NCBI GenBank assembly: GCA_964496765.1 | Contig: CAZCAP010000003.1 | Coordinates: forward strand, 36,854 to 68,853 | Length of the DNA stretch: 32,000 nt | Origin: an uncultured archaeon | Lineage (GTDB): Archaea; Iainarchaeota; Iainarchaeia; Iainarchaeales; CSSED10-239 | Reading direction: 5' to 3' | Shown: positions 1 to 7,714 of the stretch, piece by piece | Layout: each line of letters begins with the position of its first letter | Position numbering within the stretch: the stretch's first letter is position 1 | The notes under the pieces: model-generated | Told to the model about the DNA's origin: nothing | Database searches by the model: none | What the model saw: only the letters and a program-made list of their open reading frames with translations | Translations under genes and position numbers: made by a program

Positions 1-998
1 TTTAAAATCTTTTCTTCAATATGGTTTGCAAAAGATAGATAAAATGTTGGATAAACTATTTCAAACTTCTTTAAATCAATATCCTTTGAAAAAAAACCAC
101 TTTCCAAATCTCCCTTTATTCTAATTCTTACAAAAGGATCTTTCTTATGTTCTTTTAGCTTTATTTTTTCAAGCTCCTCATTTACTTTTGCTTCAATATC
201 TTTTGGATTTGATTTTTTAAAAGAAAGATCAATATATATGACTGGTCTTGTTTCTTTAAGTTCACTAAATCTTAGTTCTTTTGTTTCTGTGTCAAGGATG
301 TAGAATCCCTTTGGAGTATCTGATTCTAGCTTTTTATTTTGAGTAGCAATGGTTGAACCTGGCATAATAAAGGTTCCACCCTGTTCAAGCTTTTCAAGAG
401 CTTTCCAATGAAGGTGGCCATTAACTATTAAATCAAATCCACTAGGGAGATTAGCAAGTGTTAAAATGTTATCATCATCAAATGGAAGAAATTCTTTAAA
501 TGATTGATGAATAAGAAGAATATTATAATTGTTAGGTGTAGGTGTTGGGTTCCATTTCTTTAAAACCTCTAAAGCATATTTATCTGGAATTCCAGACAAC
601 CCAAACACACTTATATTATTAATTGTAAATAAATCTCCATGTAGGTACTTAATAAAGCCCATTACCTCTAGGAGTTCAATTGTGCTCTTATATTCCTTTC
701 CTCTGTATTCATGATTTCCAGGAATACCTATCATTGGTATCTTTAGGATTTGATCTCCAATCTTGAGATTTAGTTTATTTTCTATTTTTACTTTATTTAA
801 TAAATTAATTGCTTCAAAAAAAACTTCGGGGGTAGGTGTTTGCTTATCAAATAAATCTCCAGAAACTAAAATCAAATCAATCTTTTCTTCTTTCATTATT
901 GTGAATGCTTCCGATAGATGAGTAAATGAATCAATTTCTAGTTTTGGATCTCCCCAAAGGTATCCAAGATGCCAATCAGATGTTATTGCTATCTTCAT
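1..998 (-). CDS. mre11: Mre11-type double-strand-break repair nuclease (metallophosphoesterase); its 3' end runs off the window
   Basis: Absent from the ORF track because no stop lies inside the window. My minus-strand translation from the ATG at 998-996 gives MKIAITSDWHLGYLWG..LVSGDLFD..IPGNHEY..LLIHQSF..VNGHLHW..MPGSTIATQ..PKGFYILD. These are the ordered phosphoesterase motifs (DxH, GDLFD, GNHE, H, GHxH) in Mre11/SbcD arrangement. Confidence 0.8.
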   Translation of the reverse strand, partial: MKIAITSDWHLGYLWGDPKLEIDSFTHLSEAFTIMKEEKIDLILVSGDLFDKQTPTPEVFFEAINLLNKVKIENKLNLKIGDQILKIPMIGIPGNHEYRGKEYKSTIELLEVMGFIKYLHGDLFTINNISVFGLSGIPDKYALEVLKKWNPTPTPNNYNILLIHQSFKEFLPFDDDNILTLANLPSGFDLIVNGHLHWKALEKLEQGGTFIMPGSTIATQNKKLESDTPKGFYILDTETKELRFSELKETRPVIYIDLSFKKSNPKDIEAKVNEELEKIKLKEHKKDPFVRIRIKGDLESGFFSKDIDLKKFEIVYPTFYLSFANHIEEKIL

Positions 999-1085
999 AA
1001 AATCTCTTTTTTTGTTTTAAAGGGTAACAAATATAAATACGTCTATAATTAAATATATATAGTAGTAACTTAATATAATAGTTAT

Positions 1086-1156
1086 GCCTCGGTGGCAGAT
1101 AGGCTATGCATCCGCCTGCAGAGCGGAAGAGTGGGGTTCGATTCCCTACCGAGGCT
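1086..1156 (+). tRNA. tRNA-Cys (anticodon GCA)
   Basis: The 71-nt sequence folds as a cloverleaf. Acceptor GCCTCGG/CCGAGGC, anticodon stem TCCGC/GCGGA with loop CTGCAGA, T arm TGGGG-TTCGATT-CCCTA, discriminator T. AT-rich TATA-like box at about 1051-1060. Confidence 0.9.
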
Positions 1157-1184
1157 TTTAATTTAAAACAATGAAGTTTCAATA

Positions 1185-3347
1185 TTAAATTGAAAGCAAG
1201 TTCTTTAATATTTCTTTTTCTTGTTTGTGTATTATTTCTTTGTATCTTATTTGATCTTTATTCACAAGAACAGCATTTATTTTTAATTCAACCAGATTTT
1301 TAATTACTTCTTCTGTGTAATCATTTTTAATGTCAAAGATTCTTTGTATCTTGCTATTTTTACACATACTAATTACTGCTCTTAGTTTATCGAAGTAATC
1401 TATCTCTGGAACATCAAACACAATAAAATCAGAGCCTGCCTCAAGATACTGTTTTAATATGTGTGGTTTATTTAAATCATTTATTGATACTCCTGTTTGA
1501 CATTCAGTTTCTTTTTTAACAGAATTAAATTCCTCAGTTGATTTTATATTTTCTATAATTATGTTTATATTTTTGTGTTTCTTATTAATATCAATCAATG
1601 CTTCTATTTCTAAATGTGATAGGTTTTCATCAACCAAATTATCTTGGTGTAGATTTAATAAATAATAGATGGTTTTATCTGGTAATGCCATCATTAATGT
1701 TTTTATTTTTTTACTAAGGTTAGGAATTACCTGTTCTTTGTTAGTTAGCATTGTATATATTTCATCACTAGTAAACAATGATTTGAAATTAATTAGAAGA
1801 CCATTAACATCTGCGAAATTAACTTCACTTAATTCTGTTGGTTTTCTTAATTTAAAAATTATTTTTGTAATTGTTTCTGGATATTCTGGTTCTCTTTCTT
1901 GTATTTCTCCAATTATTGTTGAAATATCTTTCTCTTCTTGTATTTCTTTATATGCTGCATTTACACTTCCTACTGGCTTTAGTCCAGTAAGAGCATAAAC
2001 TGCACCAGTTGTTCCATTAATTTGGATATAATCCCCATTCTTCAAAGTAGTGGTTGCTTTTCTAGTGTTAACAATACAGGGTAATGAATATTTTTCAGCA
2101 ACAAGAGCGGCATGGCAAATAGCAGATCCAACATCAGTAATTATTCCACAGCCATCCTTAATAATATCAGTCATGAATCCATTAGTCATTTTTGTTACAA
2201 TTATTGTTTTTTCATTTATGTCCTTCAGATCTGTTTTAACATCTTTGATAATTTTAACATATCCGTTTGTAACCCCTGAGAATACAGGAACTCCTTCAAG
2301 AACAAGATCTTTCTTAAAAGCATCTATTTTTTCTTGAAAATATACTTTTTTCTTTTTCTTTGCTTCTTTGATTTTACAATCTAGTGGATCTGCAGAAATA
2401 ATGAAAATTTCTGCTTTTTCAAAAGCCCAATCAATACAAAATGCACATTTAAATTGGGATTCTAGTTTTTTCGCTAATGATGTTAACTCTTTTAGGTATG
2501 CTGTTTCTAATTTTTGTTTATCCTGGTCTTTCTTTTCAATATTCTCTTTAACTGTTTTTCCAAGAACTCTTTTCAGTTGCCATTCTTGAGGTGCTTTGTT
2601 TTTTTTAATAACATCTAAATTTTTTTTTGACATTTCATAATGATCTGGTGTTATTTCCTTAACAATTGTTGATCCACCAATTCCCCAAACAGCTTCAATA
2701 ATTGTGTTCTTTTCTCCAACTTCTTTACTTGTGATCATTATTCCAGATATTTTTGCATTTACCATTTTTTGTATAATAATGCACACTCCGATTTTCGTAA
2801 AGTCTAATTTTCTTTCATGTAGATACTCTAAAACTTCTGGAGAAAACATTGTAAAATAACATTCTTTAATGTGTTGGATTACGTTATCAAATCCCTTTAT
2901 ATTTAAATATCCACATTGTTTTTCTAAATAATCTAAATCAGTTTGTGAAACCTCTTCAGAAGTAAGTGATACTCTCACAGCAACGAAATCATCTATTTTA
3001 CTGTTAAGCCAACCAACTTTTGTTTCCCCAACCTTGTTATACATTTTTTCAAGATCAGATCTTAAATCATCTGTTTCTTTATTTTTAAAAAATAGTTTTC
3101 TAATTTCATTAGATTTTAATTGAATATCATTTCTGCTTTTGTAATCAATTGTTCTTATAATTTCTGTGATTCTTTCCTTAAGATTATTTTGTTGAAGATA
3201 ACTATAGTATACTTTTGAACTAATTGCAAATGCTCGCGGAATTGCATATTTTTCTCTTGTTAGTTCAGCAAGGTGTGTTGCCTTATAACCTAAAGTGTAT
3301 ACATCATTGTCATTGATTTCTTTTAGCCATTTGATTAGTTCTTCCAT
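1185..3347 (-). CDS. PEP synthase / pyruvate,water dikinase-like enzyme with a divergent C-terminal domain
   Basis: 720-aa ORF. The N-terminal ATP-grasp signature is GYKATHLAELTREKYAIPRAFAIS (compare GGKxxxLxEL..PxGF). The central swivel phospho-His domain is GIITDVGSAICHAALVAEKYSLPCIVN (compare GGxTSHAAIVARExGIPxVV). The last ~230 aa only weakly resemble the PEP/pyruvate TIM-barrel domain. Confidence 0.7.
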   Translation of the reverse strand: MEELIKWLKEINDNDVYTLGYKATHLAELTREKYAIPRAFAISSKVYYSYLQQNNLKERITEIIRTIDYKSRNDIQLKSNEIRKLFFKNKETDDLRSDLEKMYNKVGETKVGWLNSKIDDFVAVRVSLTSEEVSQTDLDYLEKQCGYLNIKGFDNVIQHIKECYFTMFSPEVLEYLHERKLDFTKIGVCIIIQKMVNAKISGIMITSKEVGEKNTIIEAVWGIGGSTIVKEITPDHYEMSKKNLDVIKKNKAPQEWQLKRVLGKTVKENIEKKDQDKQKLETAYLKELTSLAKKLESQFKCAFCIDWAFEKAEIFIISADPLDCKIKEAKKKKKVYFQEKIDAFKKDLVLEGVPVFSGVTNGYVKIIKDVKTDLKDINEKTIIVTKMTNGFMTDIIKDGCGIITDVGSAICHAALVAEKYSLPCIVNTRKATTTLKNGDYIQINGTTGAVYALTGLKPVGSVNAAYKEIQEEKDISTIIGEIQEREPEYPETITKIIFKLRKPTELSEVNFADVNGLLINFKSLFTSDEIYTMLTNKEQVIPNLSKKIKTLMMALPDKTIYYLLNLHQDNLVDENLSHLEIEALIDINKKHKNINIIIENIKSTEEFNSVKKETECQTGVSINDLNKPHILKQYLEAGSDFIVFDVPEIDYFDKLRAVISMCKNSKIQRIFDIKNDYTEEVIKNLVELKINAVLVNKDQIRYKEIIHKQEKEILKNLLSI

Positions 3348-3559
3348 ATTTTATCAATTTATTTCACAAGTTTTTAAAGCAGAAAAATATAAATATATTG
3401 TTTTTCACTATTATAATATATAGAAACCTATTTATACTTTATTGGTTCGGTTAATGTGTAAAAATTCCAAAAGACCAACCTAAACCTCAAAAAGAGTTAG
3501 GTTTAAAAGAGCTATCCACCGAATATATCTGGAAAAGTATACTTAATTAACGTGCTGCT

Positions 3560-4720
3560 ATGCTGAAATATAAAAAAAATGAAAATAATTTGCAAATCTA
3601 TATCATTATTGGTTTATTAGCTATTATTGCGCTTTTGATTTTTTCCATTAATTCACGAATAAATAAATATGATGAATTATCCTATGATTATTATACATTA
3701 GAACTAGATAACAATAAAAATATTCAACTAAATAGCGATTATAATAGTTTACTAATTAATGAAATTAATAAGTTTATTGATTTGCACTCTAAGTATCTTG
3801 TTTTAGAATATGATAATTTTGTAAATATAGAAAAAATAAAAAATTTAACAAAAGACAAAAACACACTTACTGCTGACTATAATACACTTAGTAATGAATA
3901 TACTTCATTAATGACAGAAATTAATACATTTAAAACACAAATAACCCAATCAATGGATTGGTTTAAAGCTAACTCAACAATAGATGATATTAGTGATTCT
4001 GATAGATTAAAATCACACCTACGTACCTGTGTTAGTTGTAATGAAGAAACATGTATAATCAAAACAGCGTGCATTGATTGGTTTGTAAATGAAAGAAAGT
4101 TCAATTTAAAGTACGCAGATGATAATACAATTTCGAATAAGGAAGACAAACTTCAATCTCTAGATTCTTTTTTATTGAATGAAGCAGGAGATTGTGAAGA
4201 TTATTCTTTATTATTCACTGCTGAAATAAAATATTTGGTGGATTATATAATTGTGGAAAGGCAAAGAACACCAGTGATAGAAGCAATGATTAAAACAAAC
4301 ACAACAGTTGATTATAAAATTGTTGGAGATTGGTATTATAATGAAGGTATAGAAGCCTATCCTTTAGATAAAGATTATATTTATCCAACAGTTGCCTGTG
4401 GTGATTTATTTGACCCCCAAACTAATGAATATAATGGTCATTGTGTGATAATGATTACAAATAAAGATATTGATTCTGTTTCTGATTTATCTAAATTAAA
4501 TAAAATTTATTTAATTGAACCTCAATTTGGGGATTTTATTGGTTTTGCTAAGTATGATGGAGTAATAAAAACAGATGATAATTCAAGAATTGATTTACTT
4601 ATTACTAAAAAAGATCTTTATATGCACGAATCAAGATTTTATGTTAATTCAAATTATACTAATGCTAATTGGTATGGCTATGAGACCTTTTTAAATGAGA
4701 TAAATAGTATCCAAAAATAA
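3560..4720 (+). CDS. Membrane-anchored coiled-coil protein with a C-terminal transglutaminase-like (Cys-His-Asp/Glu) domain
   Basis: 386-aa ORF. It has an N-terminal TM helix (IYIIIGLLAIIALLIFSI) and an N/K-rich heptad-like region. Next come EAGDCEDYSLLF (GxCxxY/F nucleophile motif of transglutaminase-like proteases), NGHCVIMI (His) and YLIEPQ (acidic residue). Confidence 0.45.
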   Translation: MLKYKKNENNLQIYIIIGLLAIIALLIFSINSRINKYDELSYDYYTLELDNNKNIQLNSDYNSLLINEINKFIDLHSKYLVLEYDNFVNIEKIKNLTKDKNTLTADYNTLSNEYTSLMTEINTFKTQITQSMDWFKANSTIDDISDSDRLKSHLRTCVSCNEETCIIKTACIDWFVNERKFNLKYADDNTISNKEDKLQSLDSFLLNEAGDCEDYSLLFTAEIKYLVDYIIVERQRTPVIEAMIKTNTTVDYKIVGDWYYNEGIEAYPLDKDYIYPTVACGDLFDPQTNEYNGHCVIMITNKDIDSVSDLSKLNKIYLIEPQFGDFIGFAKYDGVIKTDDNSRIDLLITKKDLYMHESRFYVNSNYTNANWYGYETFLNEINSIQK

Positions 4721-4894
4721 CCTAATTTTGCTTGGACACGCACCCCCCCGAAAAGGATATATAAACTAACATTGTATATATTTATGATAGAAACCAGAAG
4801 TTAACCTAACTTCTTGGAAACTGAATTGTGAGGCGAGAAACACAAGAAATAAAACGCAAAATATAAAGAAAATATAGGAAAAAGGTGAATATAC

Positions 4895-5977
4895 ATGAGT
4901 AGAGTAAATAAAAAACAAGACGAAGAGTATGTAGAAACTTCTGAAGACATTAAAGAAGTAGAAGATACAGATACAAATGAAGATGATTTTTCTGAAAAAA
5001 AGAAAAAATTAAAGATAGATGATGATATTATTGATAAAATTAAACCAAAAGACATATCTGATCTTCCTGGAATCGGAGCTACTTCTGCAGAGAAACTAAG
5101 AGCAGCAGGATATGATACCTATGAAGCAATTGCTGTTGCCTCACCAATGGAACTTGTTGCTGTTGCAGGTCTAGGAGATGGAACTGCAATTAAAGCAATT
5201 AAGGCAGCTCGTGATTCTCTTGAAATGGGTTTCGAATCTGCTGAAAAGATATTAGAAAAAAGAAAAACAATCTCAAGAGTATCAACTGGTTCTGAAAACA
5301 TTGATGAACTTCTTGGTGGAGGAATTGAATCCCAATCAATCACAGAGGTTTATGGTAAGTTTGCTTCTGGTAAATCACAATGGTGTTTCCAACTATGTGT
5401 AATGGCTCAAATGCCTGTTGATAAGGGTGGGCTTGGTGGAAATGTATTGTATATAGATACAGAAAACTCATTTAGACCAGAAAGAGTACAGGACATTGCA
5501 AGATATAGAGGAATGGATCCTGAAGAGGTTGTTAAGAATGTATTTGTTGCAAGAGCATACAATAGTAATCACCAAATGCTTCTTGCTGAAAAAGCAGCTG
5601 AGCTTATTAAAGAAAAAAATGTTAAATTATTAATTGTTGATTCTTTGATGGGGCAGTTCAGGTCAGAGTTTACTGGAAGAGGAACGTTATCCGACAGGCA
5701 ACAGAAGATTAACACACACATGCGCCTTCTTCAGAAGTTATCTGAATTATATAATATTGTAATCTTTGTAACTAATCAGGTTATGTCAAGGCCAGATGTA
5801 TTATTCGGAGATCCAACTGATGCAGTTGGTGGTAATGTTGTAAAGCATGCTTCAAAAACAAGAATTTATTTAAGAAAGGGAACAGGAACAAAGAGAATTG
5901 CAAAGCTTGTTGATTCCCCAGGGCTCCCTGATGGAGAAACAGTATATAACATCACAGAAGATGGTGTACTAGATTAA
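4895..5977 (+). CDS. radA: RadA recombinase
   Basis: The HhH module is DLPGIGATSAEKLRAAGYDTYEAIAVASPMEL. Walker A is GKFASGKSQ and Walker B is KLLIVDSLM, followed by the RadA/Rad51 C-terminal core (VIFVTNQV..GGNVVKHASKTRIYLRKG). An AGGTGA Shine-Dalgarno motif lies 7 nt upstream of the ATG. Confidence 0.95.
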   Translation: MSRVNKKQDEEYVETSEDIKEVEDTDTNEDDFSEKKKKLKIDDDIIDKIKPKDISDLPGIGATSAEKLRAAGYDTYEAIAVASPMELVAVAGLGDGTAIKAIKAARDSLEMGFESAEKILEKRKTISRVSTGSENIDELLGGGIESQSITEVYGKFASGKSQWCFQLCVMAQMPVDKGGLGGNVLYIDTENSFRPERVQDIARYRGMDPEEVVKNVFVARAYNSNHQMLLAEKAAELIKEKNVKLLIVDSLMGQFRSEFTGRGTLSDRQQKINTHMRLLQKLSELYNIVIFVTNQVMSRPDVLFGDPTDAVGGNVVKHASKTRIYLRKGTGTKRIAKLVDSPGLPDGETVYNITEDGVLD

Positions 5978-5981
5978 AGGT

Positions 5982-6016
5982 GAAGGATAAACTTCCTTCT
6001 TCTTTTCTTCCTTTTT
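5982..6016 (+). terminator. Stem-loop plus T-rich tract downstream of radA
   Basis: GAAGGA (5982-5987) pairs with TCCTTC (5994-5999) across a 6-nt loop. The T-rich run ttcttttcttccttttt follows. It starts 5 nt after the radA stop. Confidence 0.4.
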
Positions 6017-6051
6017 ATATGCCGTAAGAGGTTCAAATCCCCTCTGGAGCT
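6017..6051 (+). other. tRNA 3'-half-like fragment (T arm plus acceptor 3' strand) with no matching 5' half nearby
   Basis: AGAGG-TTCAAAT-CCCCT forms a T arm with one mismatch. The loop is identical to that of the tRNA-Arg(UCG) in this window. A 7-nt CTGGAGC and then T follow. No GCTCCAG partner or D/anticodon arms occur upstream. Confidence 0.3.
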
Positions 6052-6122
6052 GACTGCACAAAACCCCCTAATTTGTGCACTCGAAACACACATTTAAAAA
6101 TATATTTATTCATATATATAAT

Positions 6123-7385
6123 ATGGATAAACAATATTTAGAACAAATAGTTTTAGATCAAAAGGAAAGATTGTCTAAACTGAAAGATGGGTACCCAAGA
6201 AACAAACTTGCGGATTTATCTGATTTAATAAAACATAAAATAAACATAGTTGTGACGGGTCATAGAAGAAGTGGTAAATCCACATTTTTATTACAATGGA
6301 TGAATAAATATTATAATTCTGATTTTTATTATTTAGATTTTTCTGATGAAAGGTTAGTGGATTTCAAAACAACTGATTTCCAATTATTATATGAAATATT
6401 TTTAGAACACTTTGGAGAAAAAAATATTTTTTATTTTGATGAATTACAAGGAAAGAAATATGATTGGAATAAATTTGTAAATAGACTCTACTCCGAAGGG
6501 AAAAGATTTTTTATAACTGGTTCTAATGCCGATTTATTAAGTAAAGAAATATCCACTTATTTAACTGGTAGGCATTTTGATATAACGATATACCCTTTTT
6601 CTTTTAAAGAATACTTAGGGTATAATAATTTTAATAAAAATTATAAATCAACATCTGGTAAAGTAGAAGTTATAAAATATTTTAATAATTATATAAAACA
6701 AGGTGGTTTTCCAGAAGTTATTGTTTATAAAACTACAGATATATTAGATAATATATACCAAGATGTAATAAATACAGATATTTTGAATAGGTATGATATA
6801 AAAGAGGATACTGAATTTAAAAAAATGACTTTGTTTTTAATATCTAATTTTGGGAGAGAATTTTCATATACTTCTTTAAAGAACAATTTTAATTTAGGCA
6901 GTACTCATACAGCTATAAAATATGTGTCTTATTTAACAAATACCTATTTGTTATTTGAATTAACCAAATATGATTATTCTTTAAAAAAGCAGGATACTTA
7001 TTCTAAAAAGATATACTGTATAGACACTGGTTTGGTAAATAAGATTTCTTTTAATTTTTCAGAAAATATAGGTAGATTATATGAAAATTTAGTATTTATA
7101 GAATTAAAAAGAAGAAATAAGAATATTTATTTTTGGAAAGATAAATTGGATTTAGAAGTTGATTTTTTAATTGTGGAAAAAAATAAGGTAGCTTCTCTAA
7201 TACAAGTAACTTATGATATAAGTAATCTTAAAACTAAAGAAAGAGAAATAAAAGGTTTGCTTTCTGGATTAAATGAATTTAAGCTTAAAGAAGGAATAAT
7301 AATAACAAAAGATTTAGAAAAGGAAGAGAAAATAGATAATAAGATAATTAAGTATATTCCCATATGGAAGTGGTTATTGGAATAA
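6123..7385 (+). CDS. AAA+ superfamily ATPase (COG1373 / DUF4143-type)
   Basis: P-loop VVTGHRRSGKSTFLLQ. Walker B and family motifs are IFYFDELQ..W..FVNRLYSEGKRFFITGSNADLLSKEISTYLTGRHFDITIYPFSFKEYL. I prefer the ATG at 6123 (MDKQYLEQ) to the track's GTG at 6075, because 6075-6122 is an AT-rich promoter-like sequence containing a hairpin. Confidence 0.85.
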   Translation: MDKQYLEQIVLDQKERLSKLKDGYPRNKLADLSDLIKHKINIVVTGHRRSGKSTFLLQWMNKYYNSDFYYLDFSDERLVDFKTTDFQLLYEIFLEHFGEKNIFYFDELQGKKYDWNKFVNRLYSEGKRFFITGSNADLLSKEISTYLTGRHFDITIYPFSFKEYLGYNNFNKNYKSTSGKVEVIKYFNNYIKQGGFPEVIVYKTTDILDNIYQDVINTDILNRYDIKEDTEFKKMTLFLISNFGREFSYTSLKNNFNLGSTHTAIKYVSYLTNTYLLFELTKYDYSLKKQDTYSKKIYCIDTGLVNKISFNFSENIGRLYENLVFIELKRRNKNIYFWKDKLDLEVDFLIVEKNKVASLIQVTYDISNLKTKEREIKGLLSGLNEFKLKEGIIITKDLEKEEKIDNKIIKYIPIWKWLLE

Positions 7386-7409
7386 TCTTCTTGAATTAGA
7401 ACCACTAAG

Positions 7410-7425
7410 ATATATTTAAATATAT
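7410..7425. promoter_or_regulatory. Perfect 16-nt palindromic TATA-like element
   Basis: ATATATTTAAATATAT reads the same on both strands. It sits about 25-30 nt upstream of the first stem-loop of the structured intergenic region. Confidence 0.3.
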
Positions 7426-7444
7426 GTTATGCCATAATATTTGC

Positions 7445-7624
7445 ACTAACCTCCCTGTCATTGTCGCGAACAAGGGTAGGTGTACTAACCTATTTTTATG
7501 ACGTGGATAATTTCATATTATTTATGGTTAGGGTAACAATTAAAATCAGCTTTGTTACCCCAACAACTTTGTATTACTCAAATATGATTAATATTGCCGA
7601 TATTTGTTAGTTGTGAGTAATACA
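7445..7624 (+). other. Cluster of three stem-loops; candidate small structured RNA(s), strand uncertain
   Basis: Hairpin A (7449-7481) is ACCT-CCC..GGG-t-AGGT, flanked by the direct repeat ACTAACCT (7445-7452 and 7484-7491) and then ATTTTT. Hairpin B (7531-7560) is a perfect 9-bp stem GGGTAACAA/TTGTTACCC. Hairpin C (7570-7624) has a perfect 11-bp stem TGTATTACTCA/TGAGTAATACA plus an inner 5-bp stem. Confidence 0.35.
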
Positions 7625-7654
7625 TAATAAATTAGAGTTTTTTATAGGGCAAAA

Positions 7655-7692
7655 CCAGGAGCTTTTTCACTTTAGGGTAGAAGCTCCTCTGG
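7655..7692 (-). terminator. Stem-loop downstream of the hydrogenase-like gene
   Basis: CCAGGAGC (7655-7662) pairs with GCTCCTCTGG (7683-7692) with a 2-nt bulge. It lies 22 nt past the stop at 7715. On the minus strand it is followed by TTTT. Confidence 0.4.
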
Positions 7693-7714
7693 AGCTAGTA
7701 ATTTTCAAAATAAG

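Noticed and set aside
976-1182. 68-aa minus-strand ORF from the track
   Set aside because: It lies antisense across the well-folded tRNA-Cys gene and its AT-rich promoter. It has no Shine-Dalgarno motif and no recognisable motif, so I treat it as spurious.
1669-2589. Three plus-strand ORFs (1669-1998, 2050-2337, 2368-2589) inside the PEP-synthase-like gene
   Set aside because: They are antisense to a long ORF with clear family motifs. Their products are low-complexity and hydrophobic, as expected from the reverse frame of AT-rich coding DNA. The same reasoning applies to the other antisense track ORFs: 529-714, 3877-4149, 4801-5055, 5119-5343, 7211-7405, 7845-8039, 8788-9030, 9302-9550, 9677-10042, 12620-12871, 13934-14119, 14540-14809, 14994-15188, 15890-16246, 16539-16913, 17347-17628, 18856-19038, 20268-20495, 20635-20856, 20989-21183, 25438-25620, 25858-26082, 27486-27725, 28227-28460, 28498-28689, 29218-29424, 29610-29831 and 31290-31502.
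4780-4825. C/D-box sRNA upstream of radA (ATGATAG ... CTGA)
   Set aside because: The C-box is imperfect (AUGAUAG against RUGAUGA). The box spacing of ~38 nt is too short for C/D plus C'/D'. No terminal stem or k-turn pairing is evident, so a plain hairpin is the simpler reading.
6017-6051. A complete or intron-containing tRNA gene downstream of radA
   Set aside because: Only a T arm with one mismatch and an acceptor 3' strand are present. No 5' acceptor strand (GCTCCAG), D arm or anticodon arm exists within several hundred nt upstream, which is radA coding sequence. I report it only as a fragment.
7386-7714. RNase P RNA or SRP (7S) RNA in the structured spacer
   Set aside because: I could not find the conserved RNase P motifs (GAGGAAAGUCC-like, ACAGAA..GCUUA-like) or an SRP helix-8-like G+C-rich core. 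The region is AT-rich, unlike those RNAs even in AT-rich archaea. It remains a candidate for an unknown small RNA only.
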